Positions 19,661-29,716 are shown, numbered from the stretch's first letter. The stretch is DNA of 64,000 bases from Candidatus Omnitrophota bacterium (GCA_030632085.1 DAOVJY010000004.1:16000-79999), one strand, 5' to 3'. Numbers and translations: made by a program. Notes: a model not told the origin generated them from the letters alone.

Positions 19661-20049
19661 TACATGAAATATCTCTCAAAACCAAAAATCAGACCGAACT
19701 CATAGACATAACCGGTAAAATTAACTCTTTAATAACTAAATCTACAATTGAAGAAGGTGCTTGTTTAGTTTTTGTCCCGCATACTACGGCCGGCATTACC
19801 ATTAACGAAAACGCGGACGCCGACGTTAAATCTGATATTATAAAGGAATTAAATACAGTTATACCGTTTGACGATGATTACAAACACGCTGAGGGCAATT
19901 CAGCCGCTCACATAAAGTCAGTGCTCTGCGGCGTCAATTTAAATATGATAATTAAAGACTCTAAACTTGTATTAGGCACATGGCAAGGCGTATACTTTTG
20001 TGAGTTTGACGGACCTAGATTACGAAAAATAATTGTTAGAATAAGTTGA
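19657..20049 (+). CDS. yjbQ: YjbQ/UPF0047 family protein
   Basis: HTTAGITINENAD, HAEGNSAAHIK, LGTWQG..EFDGPR. Confidence 0.92.
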   Translation: MIHEISLKTKNQTELIDITGKINSLITKSTIEEGACLVFVPHTTAGITINENADADVKSDIIKELNTVIPFDDDYKHAEGNSAAHIKSVLCGVNLNMIIKDSKLVLGTWQGVYFCEFDGPRLRKIIVRIS

Positions 20050-20072
20050 TTTAACCGGGAAAGGTAAGTTAA

Positions 20073-20885
20073 ATGCTTAAAAAATTTGTTTTTTTACTTT
20101 TTATTTTAAATTTGAGTCTGGTTTTAATTCCATCAATAACGGCAGCTAAATCTTTATCACCTTTAGTTACTCAGGACGCCAACGTTATAGAAGCGGGCAG
20201 CCTTGAAGTCAGGTTAGGCCTTGAGTATTTTGAGAATCTAAACATTGCCTTTGATGCAAACAACAATAGGGATAGAGATATCTGGAATATTCCCACACTT
20301 GATCTTATAATCGGTGCCGGTAAAATCGTAGAAATTCAGGCTTACTTTGAAGGCATCTACGCAGATGAAAAAAATTTTGACAGCACTTATGGAGCAGGAG
20401 ACTTAAAGTTGTTTACTAAATTTCAACTCCGCCAAGAAGACGATATGCCGGCAGTCGCTTTCAGATTTGGAACAAAATTACCTAATGCCAGCAATGAAGA
20501 CCGCCTGGGTACTGATGAGTTTGATGTTTCAGGATTGTTTCTTCTTAGCAAGCATTTAGGTAATATCGAAACACATTTCAATTTAGGTATGGGGATTCTC
20601 GGTAATCCTCACGAAAACAGTAATCAAGACGATGTTTTTTTGTATGGTCTTGGCCTTATAATACCGGCAACCGATAAGCTTAATTTCGCATTAGAGGTTA
20701 ATGGGCAAAGTTGTTCTAATGATAATAACGATTTCTCACATTTTATGGCAGGCCTGCAGTATCAGGCAGAAGCCGTTCGCTTTGATGTTGGCGTCACTGC
20801 CGGCTTAAGCGATGAAAGCCAGGATTGGTCGGTAAAATGTGGTGCAACTAAAACATTTGATAACTTTTTTTCGGCGGCGAAATGA
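20073..20885 (+). CDS. putative outer-membrane beta-barrel/transporter
   Basis: Signal peptide, PLVTQDA, GAGDL, amphipathic beta strands. Confidence 0.65.
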   Translation: MLKKFVFLLFILNLSLVLIPSITAAKSLSPLVTQDANVIEAGSLEVRLGLEYFENLNIAFDANNNRDRDIWNIPTLDLIIGAGKIVEIQAYFEGIYADEKNFDSTYGAGDLKLFTKFQLRQEDDMPAVAFRFGTKLPNASNEDRLGTDEFDVSGLFLLSKHLGNIETHFNLGMGILGNPHENSNQDDVFLYGLGLIIPATDKLNFALEVNGQSCSNDNNDFSHFMAGLQYQAEAVRFDVGVTAGLSDESQDWSVKCGATKTFDNFFSAAK

Positions 20886-21343
20886 ATATAAGAGAATATA
20901 AAGATAACGACTCACAAAATCTAAAAAATATATTAGAACAATTCTTTAAACAAGAGTTATCCTTTAAACTTGAGGGGGCCACAGAAGAAGACTTGAATAA
21001 TATTAAACCGGCCTATGCAAGCGAAAGAGATATTATACTTGTTGCCGAAGAAGATAATCAGGCTATCGGCTTTATCGCGATTAAAGAAGAATCTGATGAA
21101 ACCGCCCTTATTAGAAGACTGCTTATACATCAGGGTTACAGACAAAGGAAATTTGGAACCAATTTACTTCATCGAGGACTCGACATAGCTAAAATTAAAG
21201 GGTATAAGAATATTTATTTTCGCTCTACAGAAATTATGAAGCCTATTATATCACTATTGCTTAAAAACGGATTCAAAGAAAAAAGTTTTCAGAAAATAGA
21301 AGGCCATAAAATCATTGAACTCTCGAAAAATATCGACAAATAA
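20882..21343 (+). CDS. GNAT family acetyltransferase
   Basis: IRRLLIHQGYRQRKFGT motif A; KNGF. Confidence 0.8.
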   Translation: MNIREYKDNDSQNLKNILEQFFKQELSFKLEGATEEDLNNIKPAYASERDIILVAEEDNQAIGFIAIKEESDETALIRRLLIHQGYRQRKFGTNLLHRGLDIAKIKGYKNIYFRSTEIMKPIISLLLKNGFKEKSFQKIEGHKIIELSKNIDK

Positions 21344-21344
21344 T

Positions 21345-22013
21345 ATGACGGGTATATCTGTTAAGCGAGCGCGCCGTATAGATATAACAACTCAGAAAAA
21401 GTACGGCATATCCGGCAAAATCCTTATGGAAAATGCCGGTTTAAGAACTGCCGAGCTAACACTTAAAATTATTAAGGCGAAGAGGGCAATGAAGAATATT
21501 TGCGTTATCTGCGGTAAGGGAAATAACGCCGGTGACGGTTTCGTAGCCGCCAGGCACTTAATCAACGCCGGAGCCAACGTCACTATCCTGCTTTTATATA
21601 AAGCCGATACCTTCAGTGAAGACGCTAAATACAATTACAGCATTTTAAAAAAACTAAAGGTGAAGCTAAAGTTTTTAGGAGAAAAAAATATAACCAGAAA
21701 CTATGAAGATATCGTAAAGCAAAGTTCCTTGATAATTGATGCTGTTTTCGGCATTGGCTTTAAAGGAAAATTGGATACTCGTTTTGCCGATTTGTTTAAT
21801 GTTATTAATGCTTCAAAAAAAATTATTCTTGCTGTAGATGTCCCCTCCGGCTTAAACGCGGATAATGGTTTAATAAGCCCGGTATGCATTGAAGCCGACT
21901 ACACCATAACTTTTGGTTTAGCAAAAAAAGGATTTTATTTGAACCAAGGTCCCGGGGCTTGCGGTAAAATCATTGTAGACGCGATAACTTTTCCTAAACC
22001 TTTGTTAATATAA
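21345..22013 (+). CDS. nnrE: NAD(P)H-hydrate epimerase (stand-alone YjeF_N)
   Basis: LMENAG, CGKGNNAGDGFVAARHL, DAVFGIG, AVDVPSG; start revised to ATG 21345. Confidence 0.9.
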   Translation: MTGISVKRARRIDITTQKKYGISGKILMENAGLRTAELTLKIIKAKRAMKNICVICGKGNNAGDGFVAARHLINAGANVTILLLYKADTFSEDAKYNYSILKKLKVKLKFLGEKNITRNYEDIVKQSSLIIDAVFGIGFKGKLDTRFADLFNVINASKKIILAVDVPSGLNADNGLISPVCIEADYTITFGLAKKGFYLNQGPGACGKIIVDAITFPKPLLI

Positions 22014-22024
22014 AGGAGATTGTA

Positions 22025-22744
22025 ATGCTCAAACAAAAATTTCGCAGAAAACAATACATCATCAAGCCTGTTTTCCAGCTAAAGATATCTTTTATCATTG
22101 TTATGACATTGCTTTTAGCGACTGCAATCACAGCCAGTTTACTTTACTTTAATATACTTAATTCCGTTTTGCCTGAATTTTCCACCGACAAGCTTAAACA
22201 AAGAATAGAAATAGCGGCTGATATACGCATGAGGCAAATTGCCAGGTATTCACCGGAAGTAACAGAAAATACAGAATTCCAGATATTTTTCCCGGAAACC
22301 GCAAAGATGCTCTCTGACTATGAAACTCAGATAGTCGTCCAAGTCCTTCACGATGTTAACAAAAATTTAGTACCCTGGATTATGGTTTTATTTGCCTTGA
22401 TACTTTCCTTTGGCATATTCTTGACACATCGAATAGCCGGCCCTATTTACAGATTTGAGGAAACTATAAAAAATGCGACGGAGGGCGATTTAAATGCCAG
22501 AATAAAACTTCGCTGGGCGGATGAATTTAAAAATTTGGCCGGTAGTATCAACGGCATGCTCAACTCACTCTCTCAAAGACTAATTAAGTTAAAGAAAGCA
22601 TCTGAAAAACTGCAGGAAATAAGCGCTCAAATGGAAAGTAAGGCCGCTGGAAGCGCTAAAGAATTAAAGGAACTTATCATTGAAAATCAAAAACAGGCGG
22701 ATGAAATACAGAAAATACTCAATTATTACAAATGCGTTAAATAA
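22025..22744 (+). CDS. two-TM HAMP-domain protein
   Basis: TM-periplasmic-TM, THRIAGPIYR..GDL..IKLR..DEF HAMP pattern. Confidence 0.8.
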   Translation: MLKQKFRRKQYIIKPVFQLKISFIIVMTLLLATAITASLLYFNILNSVLPEFSTDKLKQRIEIAADIRMRQIARYSPEVTENTEFQIFFPETAKMLSDYETQIVVQVLHDVNKNLVPWIMVLFALILSFGIFLTHRIAGPIYRFEETIKNATEGDLNARIKLRWADEFKNLAGSINGMLNSLSQRLIKLKKASEKLQEISAQMESKAAGSAKELKELIIENQKQADEIQKILNYYKCVK

Positions 22745-22772
22745 AACAATTTAAAATTGAAATTTATAACTT

Positions 22773-24041
22773 ATGAGCAAAAGGATATTATTGGCTTTTA
22801 TTATTATTTCTATTTTACTGGCGCAACCGGCTCTACTTGCGGCCGATACACCCATAGATAATGATGATTTTATAAATAAGCTCGAGAAAGATATATTTAT
22901 TTTCTTCCTAAAACAAACTAACCTTCAAAACGGCTTAATAAAAGATTCATCTCGGCCGGGCGCTCCCTGCAGCATTGCTTCCTGCGGCTTCGGACTAACA
23001 GCTCTGTGTATCGGTGCCGAAAGAAGTTGGATATCCCAAGATGAAGCTTACAAACGAGTTTTAAAAATGATAATTACTTTTCGAGATAAAGTCCCCCATG
23101 AACACGGTTATTTTTATCACTTCATACACATGAAAAACTGCAAAAGGGTCTGGAATTGCGAGGTCTCATCTATAGACACAGCTCTCTTTTTCGCGGGAGC
23201 TCTTTTCGCGAGTGAATATTTTAAGGGCACGCAAGTTGAAAAAATAGCTAAAGAATTATACGAAAGGGTTAACTGGCCATGGTTAGCCAAAAACGGCTTA
23301 ATTAGTATGGGCTATAAACCTGAAACAGGAATGTTCCCTTATTTTTGGAATTCATATAATGAAGCTATGATCTTATACGCTCTGGCCATTGGCTCACCAA
23401 CACATCCTCTGCCGCCTGATAGTTGGAAGGCGTGGAAAAGACCGATAGCTAAATATGAAGATTATGAATTAGTATACTGCGTTACCGGAAGTTTATTCGT
23501 TTATCAATATTCTCATTGCTGGATAGATTTTAGAAAATTGGATGACAACGGAATAAACTGGTTTGATAACTCCATAAAAGCCACAAAGGCCAATCGGCAA
23601 TTCTGTATTAATAACCAGGATAAATATAAAACATATAGCTCAAACGTATGGGGATTAACGGCTTCAACGGGACCTTGGGGATATAAGGGTTATGGAGCTA
23701 AGCCCGGCCATCCTATACATGATGGTACTATATGCCCTTATGGCGCTTTAGGATCAATTGTATTTACACCTGAAATCTCAATTGCCAGCACACGCTATCT
23801 ATATGACACTTATAAAAACAAAATATATTCACAATATGGCTTCATAGACTCATTTAATATAGACAAAAACTGGTACTCCAAAGAACACATCGGCATTAGT
23901 ATGGGTACCGGCTTAATAATGATAGAAAATTACCGCAGCGGCATGGTTTGGAAGGGCTTTATGCGCAATTCATACATACGCAAGTGGCTAGCGTTATGCC
24001 TTGGCATCAGTAATCAAAACTTAAAAAGGCGGTTAATATAA
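22773..24041 (+). CDS. secreted glucoamylase-family glycoside hydrolase (GH144-like)
   Basis: Signal peptide; CSIASCGFGL, GYFYHF, EVSSIDT, YNEAMILY, LFVYQYSH, WGLTAS, IENYRSG. Confidence 0.8.
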   Translation: MSKRILLAFIIISILLAQPALLAADTPIDNDDFINKLEKDIFIFFLKQTNLQNGLIKDSSRPGAPCSIASCGFGLTALCIGAERSWISQDEAYKRVLKMIITFRDKVPHEHGYFYHFIHMKNCKRVWNCEVSSIDTALFFAGALFASEYFKGTQVEKIAKELYERVNWPWLAKNGLISMGYKPETGMFPYFWNSYNEAMILYALAIGSPTHPLPPDSWKAWKRPIAKYEDYELVYCVTGSLFVYQYSHCWIDFRKLDDNGINWFDNSIKATKANRQFCINNQDKYKTYSSNVWGLTASTGPWGYKGYGAKPGHPIHDGTICPYGALGSIVFTPEISIASTRYLYDTYKNKIYSQYGFIDSFNIDKNWYSKEHIGISMGTGLIMIENYRSGMVWKGFMRNSYIRKWLALCLGISNQNLKRRLI

Positions 24042-24057
24042 CCGGGGAGGGAAGTTC

Positions 24058-24387
24058 ATGAATAAATTATTAATCTTGCTTATGTGCCTTGCGGCAGTTA
24101 TAAGTTTTATTTCTTGCGCGGAAATAGCTCCGCCAACTCCGGTTGAAATTCTAAGACACCCCCTTGGCACTGATGCTCTTCGCAAGGGCATGTCCAAAGA
24201 GGAAGTTATGGAAAACTGGGGGCAACCCAGTTCGGTTAACAGGCTTGAAGAAGCCACTGCCTGGAGCGACGCCAAAGAAGAATGGATTTATAACGCGAAG
24301 TATCCGGCGGTCAAAATTAACGCCAATTATCTCGCAAAAACAAGGCATCTTTTCTTTGAAGGTGATTCTCTGATTAGGTGGGAATAA
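24058..24387 (+). CDS. lipoprotein, BamE/SmpA-like fold
   Basis: Lipobox FISC; GMSKEEV...WGQP..EEWIY. Confidence 0.7.
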   Translation: MNKLLILLMCLAAVISFISCAEIAPPTPVEILRHPLGTDALRKGMSKEEVMENWGQPSSVNRLEEATAWSDAKEEWIYNAKYPAVKINANYLAKTRHLFFEGDSLIRWE

Positions 24388-24412
24388 AAAAATGATGGAG
24401 GAGGGCAGGTAA

Positions 24413-25072
24413 ATGAAAAAATTTTTAATATTACTGCTACTTGTCTTTATTTTTTATGGCTGCTCAAGGCATGTCATTAAATATGACATTAGTGATACCA
24501 GCATCAAATGGAACAAAAAACATATCCTGGCTATAAAAGATTTTAAAGATTTAAGGCCGCAAGAAGAAAGAAAGGGTGATACGAGTAAATTTCTAAAGTT
24601 TGCCTCAAAGGACGATCACTTTAAAAAACCCATCACTCAATCATTGGATGAGGTCTTAAAGGAAGAATTCGCTAATTTAGGTATTTACATTCTGGATTAT
24701 GAAGGTGACGACCCAAGAGCCTGTCACTATGTCCTTTCAGGCAGTATTAATCACTTTCAAACAGCTGTAAAACTACCAAAAATAACTATAGTTCCTTATC
24801 TTGGAGCGGTAGCCGGCGTTTGGTCGAAAGATCAATTTATTATTGCCATTGAAATAGACATCGAACTTAGAGATAATGCTACAGGTAAAAAGATTATGAA
24901 AAAAACGTATAATTTCAGTGAAGAAAAAGAACTGCCTACGGGATTGCTCTCATTGGCCAGGTATTCGCGTGGGTTCAATTACAAATTAAAACTATTAGAC
25001 GCGGCCCTTAGCGACGTAATTGAGGATATAAGAAACGACGTCGTTGAAGTTATTGACGAAAATTATAACTAA
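24413..25072 (+). CDS. lipoprotein (YajG-like)
   Basis: Lipobox FYGC; FKDLRP motif. Confidence 0.65.
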   Translation: MKKFLILLLLVFIFYGCSRHVIKYDISDTSIKWNKKHILAIKDFKDLRPQEERKGDTSKFLKFASKDDHFKKPITQSLDEVLKEEFANLGIYILDYEGDDPRACHYVLSGSINHFQTAVKLPKITIVPYLGAVAGVWSKDQFIIAIEIDIELRDNATGKKIMKKTYNFSEEKELPTGLLSLARYSRGFNYKLKLLDAALSDVIEDIRNDVVEVIDENYN

Positions 25073-26172
25073 TGAAAAACTTTAAAGATAAGAATAAAAT
25101 TAAAGCGTATTCATCTCTAAAACATAAGCTTTATTTCCTGAGCTTGGTTTTTAATATTGGCATCTTGCTTATTTTCATTCTAAGCGGTTTAAACTCTGAC
25201 TTAAGAAATTTTATAGCCGGTGCTTCAACTAGCTTCTATTTAAAACTCACCATATTTTACATAGTTTTCAGTGTTGCTTTTTTTATTTTAGGCTTGCCGC
25301 TTGATTACTATGATGGCTACACGGCTGAACATAGGTATAGCCTTTCAACTCAAAGTAAAAAAGAATGGTTGAAAGATACCCTAAAAAAATTTGGGGTATC
25401 TTTAGGTATCGGGATAATTTTAATTTTAACTCTTTATTATTTATTGAGGAATTTTTCAAGTATCTGGTGGTTACTAGCCGCGGTTTTCTATTTCTTATTT
25501 AGTGTTCTGATGGCTAAAATAATGCCTATAGTTATTTTGCCGTTATTCTATAAGCAAAAACCTTTGGAAAGCCGGGAATTGAAAGAGAGCTTACTTAAAC
25601 TAGCAAAGAAAACAGGGCAGAACATTAAAGACGTTTTTGAGATCGACTTAAGCCGCCAAACCAAAAAAGCTAATGCCGCTTTAGTCGGCTCCGGCAATAC
25701 CAGACGTATTCTTTTAGCTGATACACTCATAAAAAATTATACCGATGAAGAAATAGAAGTTATCCTGGCCCATGAATTAGCTCATCATGCCTTAAAACAT
25801 ATGAGGTCTATCTTAATATTTGGAGGAGTGATCTCTCTTGGTATATTTTTTATAATCAATAAACTACTCGTCATATCGGTAAGCTCCAGCTACATAAACA
25901 ACCTCGCCGATATGGCAGGTTTACCGCTAATACTTTTAATATTTAGTACTTTGAGCTTAATAATTTCGCCCATACAAAACGCCTTTACGCGCAAGCTGGA
26001 AACTGACGCTGACAGATATGCCCTTAAACTTACTAAATTAAATAAAGCTTTTATATCAGCCATGGAGAAGTTAACTGAACAAAACTTAAGCGACCCAGAA
26101 CCCTCAAAGTTTATTGAAATTATGCTTTACGATCATCCACCGGTAGCAAAACGAATTAAATTAGCCAAGTAA
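25072..26172 (+). CDS. M48 family (Ste24-like) metallopeptidase
   Basis: NAALVG, LAHELAH, ETDADRYA, HPPVAKRI. Confidence 0.93.
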   Translation: MKNFKDKNKIKAYSSLKHKLYFLSLVFNIGILLIFILSGLNSDLRNFIAGASTSFYLKLTIFYIVFSVAFFILGLPLDYYDGYTAEHRYSLSTQSKKEWLKDTLKKFGVSLGIGIILILTLYYLLRNFSSIWWLLAAVFYFLFSVLMAKIMPIVILPLFYKQKPLESRELKESLLKLAKKTGQNIKDVFEIDLSRQTKKANAALVGSGNTRRILLADTLIKNYTDEEIEVILAHELAHHALKHMRSILIFGGVISLGIFFIINKLLVISVSSSYINNLADMAGLPLILLIFSTLSLIISPIQNAFTRKLETDADRYALKLTKLNKAFISAMEKLTEQNLSDPEPSKFIEIMLYDHPPVAKRIKLAK

Positions 26173-26189
26173 TAAAAAGGAGGTATGTT

Positions 26190-26498
26190 ATGTCTGACGA
26201 AAAAGTTTTAAAGGCAAATAAGGCGGGAACGGCAGCAGTCTTGTCTTTTGTTTTCTGTGGTATGGGACATATTTACATCGGTGAAATTAAAAAGGGTCTT
26301 AAGATAATGTTTTACTCATCCTTGTATTTGTTTATTTTGATAACAGGAGCCACGATTGTAATTTATGAGATTATACTTAATGTGCCTAATCCACCTTTAT
26401 TAATTTGGGGTATCGTCATAGCTATTTTAGGTCTTATAGCTAATGTAATCACTAGCGTTTATAACATTTATGACGCATACAACAGCGGGTTAAAATAA
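26190..26498 (+). CDS. small membrane protein (TM2-like)
   Basis: AAVLSFVFCGMGHIYIG..KKG; AGGAGG RBS. Confidence 0.75.
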   Translation: MSDEKVLKANKAGTAAVLSFVFCGMGHIYIGEIKKGLKIMFYSSLYLFILITGATIVIYEIILNVPNPPLLIWGIVIAILGLIANVITSVYNIYDAYNSGLK

Positions 26499-26515
26499 CA
26501 AAGGAGTAAACAACA

Positions 26516-26836
26516 ATGGTTAGTTTTGAAGACTTTAAGAAGTTTGAAATAAAAACAGCTAAGATATTAGAAGCCAACGATCATCCGAACGCGGATAAAC
26601 TTTTGGTTCTAAAGGTCGATGTTGGTCAAACGCAAAAACAGATAGTCGCCGGCATAAAGGGCCATTACACCAATGAAGAACTTATCGGTAAAACTATCGT
26701 GATAATTGATAATATTGAGGCAGCGGTAATCAGGGGAGAGGAGTCCAATGGTATGATTCTGGTTACCAAAGACGACGAAACTCTTGCTCTTCTTACGCCT
26801 GATAAACCCGTTAATAACGGCAGCAAGATCAGTTAA
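26516..26836 (+). CDS. tRNA-binding OB domain (MetG C-terminal/CsaA-like)
   Basis: HPNADKLL, QIVAGI, IRGEESNGM. Confidence 0.9.
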   Translation: MVSFEDFKKFEIKTAKILEANDHPNADKLLVLKVDVGQTQKQIVAGIKGHYTNEELIGKTIVIIDNIEAAVIRGEESNGMILVTKDDETLALLTPDKPVNNGSKIS

Positions 26837-26839
26837 TTC

Positions 26840-27127
26840 ATGCGCGGGTATTTACATCGGGGTGATTTCGAGAATATATGCTGCCGCTGCGGCATCTGTT
26901 GCGGCTCAGAAGACGGCGACCCCTGCGAAAATTTAAAACAAGATAAAGACGGTAAATATTACTGCCCGATATATGAAAACCGTTTTGGTAAACATAAAAC
27001 CGTAAACGGCACAATAATCAGCTGCGTTCCTATAGAAGAAGCACTGAGAAACAATCCCGAATTAAGAAAAAAATGCGCCTACGCGAAATTTTCCATAAAA
27101 AAGCATGAGACAGAAGCAAAAAAATAG
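26840..27127 (+). CDS. CxxCxxCC cysteine-cluster protein (YkgJ-like)
   Basis: CCRCGICC..PCENL..CPIYENR. Confidence 0.75.
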   Translation: MRGYLHRGDFENICCRCGICCGSEDGDPCENLKQDKDGKYYCPIYENRFGKHKTVNGTIISCVPIEEALRNNPELRKKCAYAKFSIKKHETEAKK

Positions 27128-28400
27128 AATACTACATTTAGAATGCCAAATAACAAAAGACGGCTTTAAAATAATAACCCAAAGCCGGTCTTTTATGTTG
27201 AGATATCCTGATGTTATCTGGAAAAATTATCCTCAACATCATAAAAGTTTTTTAGTAGATAATCTCGCTTACACCTTAAGCGCCAATATTCCTTTAGTTT
27301 CTTCTGTAAATAAAATTATATACAAAAATACTTCCGAGCCCTTTATTAGGCCTTATATTGACTTATGCATTTACGAACAAATCCCCTCAGCTATAAATTC
27401 CTACAAAGATAATACTCTTCAACAAATAGCCAATTTCAGCAAAGCAGAATTTTGCTTTAAGGATGATAAGGTCAAAGCGCCGCCTAAAACCTGGCCCAAG
27501 ACCACCAAGAAGAAAGCAATTCTACCGCTTTCATTCGGAAAAGACAGCCTAAGCACATTAGGACTGCTGCTTAATAGAAAAGTTAAACCCATAGGAATAT
27601 ACATAAACGATACAGTCTCACCTTCGGAAAACATAATTAAACTCTTTATGGCTGAAAGAATAGAAACTGAGCAGGATATAAATACCTCCGTAGTGTTTAA
27701 CGAAATAGAAAAATTAAATGATTTTGAGTACTGGCAGCATCCCGAAAGCTGCCTGGGATACATGCATATGATTATAGGCTTCGTTTTGATTTGCCTTCCT
27801 TTTGCCTACTATTATAAAACTTCAAATATCTATCTGGGCAATCAAATGGATATGGATTATCCCTTTACAAATAAAGAGGGAATATTGACTTACCCGGCAC
27901 CGGATCAGAACTCTAAATGGTTAAGCTATGCTAATCAAATCACCCAATATATAACAGGGCAGGCGGTGAGAGTAGATAGTCTTATCAAGAATTATTCCAA
28001 TATAGCCCTTATAAAACTACTGCATGAAAATTTTCCCTATCTGGGGCAGTATGAAGTTTCCTGTGATTCGCTGGATGCGTCTAATGAAGTCCGCTGGTGC
28101 TGTAATTGCGCAAAATGCGCGCGGCTATCAATTTTTATGAAAGCTTTTAATATTAATACTCAGAGCCTGGGCATGAAGTCTGATATGCTTTTAAAAAGAC
28201 ATCAAAAGCTATATTCCTTATTTAACACAAGAGGTGTTGATCAATACGAACAGTCCCCGCAAGCAAAGGAACAGCAACTGCTGGCTTTTTACCTAGCATA
28301 CGAAAACGGGCAAGAGGGGTATTTGATGGATTACTTCAAGAAAAAATACCTAAAAAAAGCTACTTCTCAATTAAAACAGCTTAAAAAGAAATATTTGTAG
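27105..28400 (+). CDS. PP-loop ATPase, MurL-like
   Basis: LSFGKDS PP-loop; SC..RWCCNCAKC. Confidence 0.6.
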   Translation: MRQKQKNRILHLECQITKDGFKIITQSRSFMLRYPDVIWKNYPQHHKSFLVDNLAYTLSANIPLVSSVNKIIYKNTSEPFIRPYIDLCIYEQIPSAINSYKDNTLQQIANFSKAEFCFKDDKVKAPPKTWPKTTKKKAILPLSFGKDSLSTLGLLLNRKVKPIGIYINDTVSPSENIIKLFMAERIETEQDINTSVVFNEIEKLNDFEYWQHPESCLGYMHMIIGFVLICLPFAYYYKTSNIYLGNQMDMDYPFTNKEGILTYPAPDQNSKWLSYANQITQYITGQAVRVDSLIKNYSNIALIKLLHENFPYLGQYEVSCDSLDASNEVRWCCNCAKCARLSIFMKAFNINTQSLGMKSDMLLKRHQKLYSLFNTRGVDQYEQSPQAKEQQLLAFYLAYENGQEGYLMDYFKKKYLKKATSQLKQLKKKYL

Positions 28401-28454
28401 TTTTATTATATTTTATAATGTAGGTTAATGGAAGCTTCTAATTAAAGGTAATTA

Positions 28455-28703
28455 ATGAAAAAACCTCACATTGAATATCCCCGCAAATGGGATTATAAAC
28501 TATTCGGAACCAATGAAGGAAACCTCCGCAAGGCTGTAGTTGAGGTGATGGGTGCTAATAAATACGAGTTAGCTCTTTCTCGGAAAAGTTCCGGCGGTAA
28601 ATATGTATCCTTACATTTAGAAACTGAGGTCTACTCAGAAGACGAGCGCAATAAGATATACACTTCTCTAAGTAATCATAAAGCGGTAATAAGGATAATA
28701 TAA
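28455..28703 (+). CDS. DUF493/HP0495 family protein
   Basis: IEYP..W.YKLFG, SSGGKYVS, ERNKIY..L..H. Confidence 0.85.
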   Translation: MKKPHIEYPRKWDYKLFGTNEGNLRKAVVEVMGANKYELALSRKSSGGKYVSLHLETEVYSEDERNKIYTSLSNHKAVIRII

Positions 28704-28705
28704 AT

Positions 28706-29716
28706 TTGAATAAAGAGCATGTTAAATACGAAGTTGACCCCTATAATAGATTAGTTCTAATCGAAAGCTGCAAAGCAACACAACTTCCCAAATTCAGGCA
28801 AGTTTTAGAAGGGCGGTTTAAACTTGATAAAAAAAATAACCTTACCTATATAGTAAAAAAACCACTCTCAAAAGACACTCCGCATCAGGTTAAATTAAAA
28901 GGTAAATGGGCCCTTACTAAGGATAATGACTTATTATTAACTCTTGATAAATTTAAAAGAGAATCTTTAGGTGATAAATTAACCTTAAAGGGCCAGTTTA
29001 AAAAAGCCACAAAGGATTCACTTGATTTCTCCCTTACAACTAAAAGCAAAGAAAATACCCAGTCTACTTATATCATAAAACTTAATGGCAAATGGCAAGC
29101 AGACAAATATAACCAACTAACCTTTAATGTACGAAAAGAGAAAGGCAAATATGATATCTTAACCCTTAAGGGCAGCTGGCAGTTAGATAAGAAAAACCAA
29201 GTCATGTACACCTATAAGAAATCCCATCTAATAAGAAAACAAAAGAAAGATTATGTTTTAGCTTTCAGGGGATATTGGAATATAAAGACTAAAAAGAGGA
29301 TTTCATACTCTTTGGATAAAAAAGGAGGTTCAGGATTCGATTTTAAGGCTTCTTTTTCTCAATTTCGAAGCAATTACATCAAATATAAGGTTGGAATTAA
29401 AACTCAAGCAAAAAGCAGGCCTAAAAACAGTATAATTACGTTATTCGGACAATGGAGGATCAAAAAAGGTTTAGGGTTGGTATTTGAGGTTAAAAATAAG
29501 CAAGATAAGCCTTATTCCATAAAGTTCCAGGCTGAAGTGAAATTAACCAAGAAAGATACCATAACCCTAATGCTTAAAGATACCAAAAACAAGCCTTTAG
29601 AAGCTAAATTAGAACTAAATCATAGGATATTAGCGGGGGAAGGGGAGACCTTTATCCGCTTTCTTAAATCAAGGAAAGAAAGCGCTGTATTTATTGGCGC
29701 CGGCTTTGGGTGGTAA
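28706..29716 (+). CDS. Lys-rich beta-hairpin repeat hypothetical protein
   Basis: About 7 LxGxW/F..DKxNxL repeats; ends GAGFGW; TTG start uncertain. Confidence 0.75.
   Translation: MNKEHVKYEVDPYNRLVLIESCKATQLPKFRQVLEGRFKLDKKNNLTYIVKKPLSKDTPHQVKLKGKWALTKDNDLLLTLDKFKRESLGDKLTLKGQFKKATKDSLDFSLTTKSKENTQSTYIIKLNGKWQADKYNQLTFNVRKEKGKYDILTLKGSWQLDKKNQVMYTYKKSHLIRKQKKDYVLAFRGYWNIKTKKRISYSLDKKGGSGFDFKASFSQFRSNYIKYKVGIKTQAKSRPKNSIITLFGQWRIKKGLGLVFEVKNKQDKPYSIKFQAEVKLTKKDTITLMLKDTKNKPLEAKLELNHRILAGEGETFIRFLKSRKESAVFIGAGFGW

Noticed and set aside
28408-28435. Possible second dif-like site (ATATTTTATAA-TGTAGG-TTAATGG) bounding the accessory block
   Set aside because: The XerD arm is poor; better explained as a TATAAT promoter element in AT-rich DNA.
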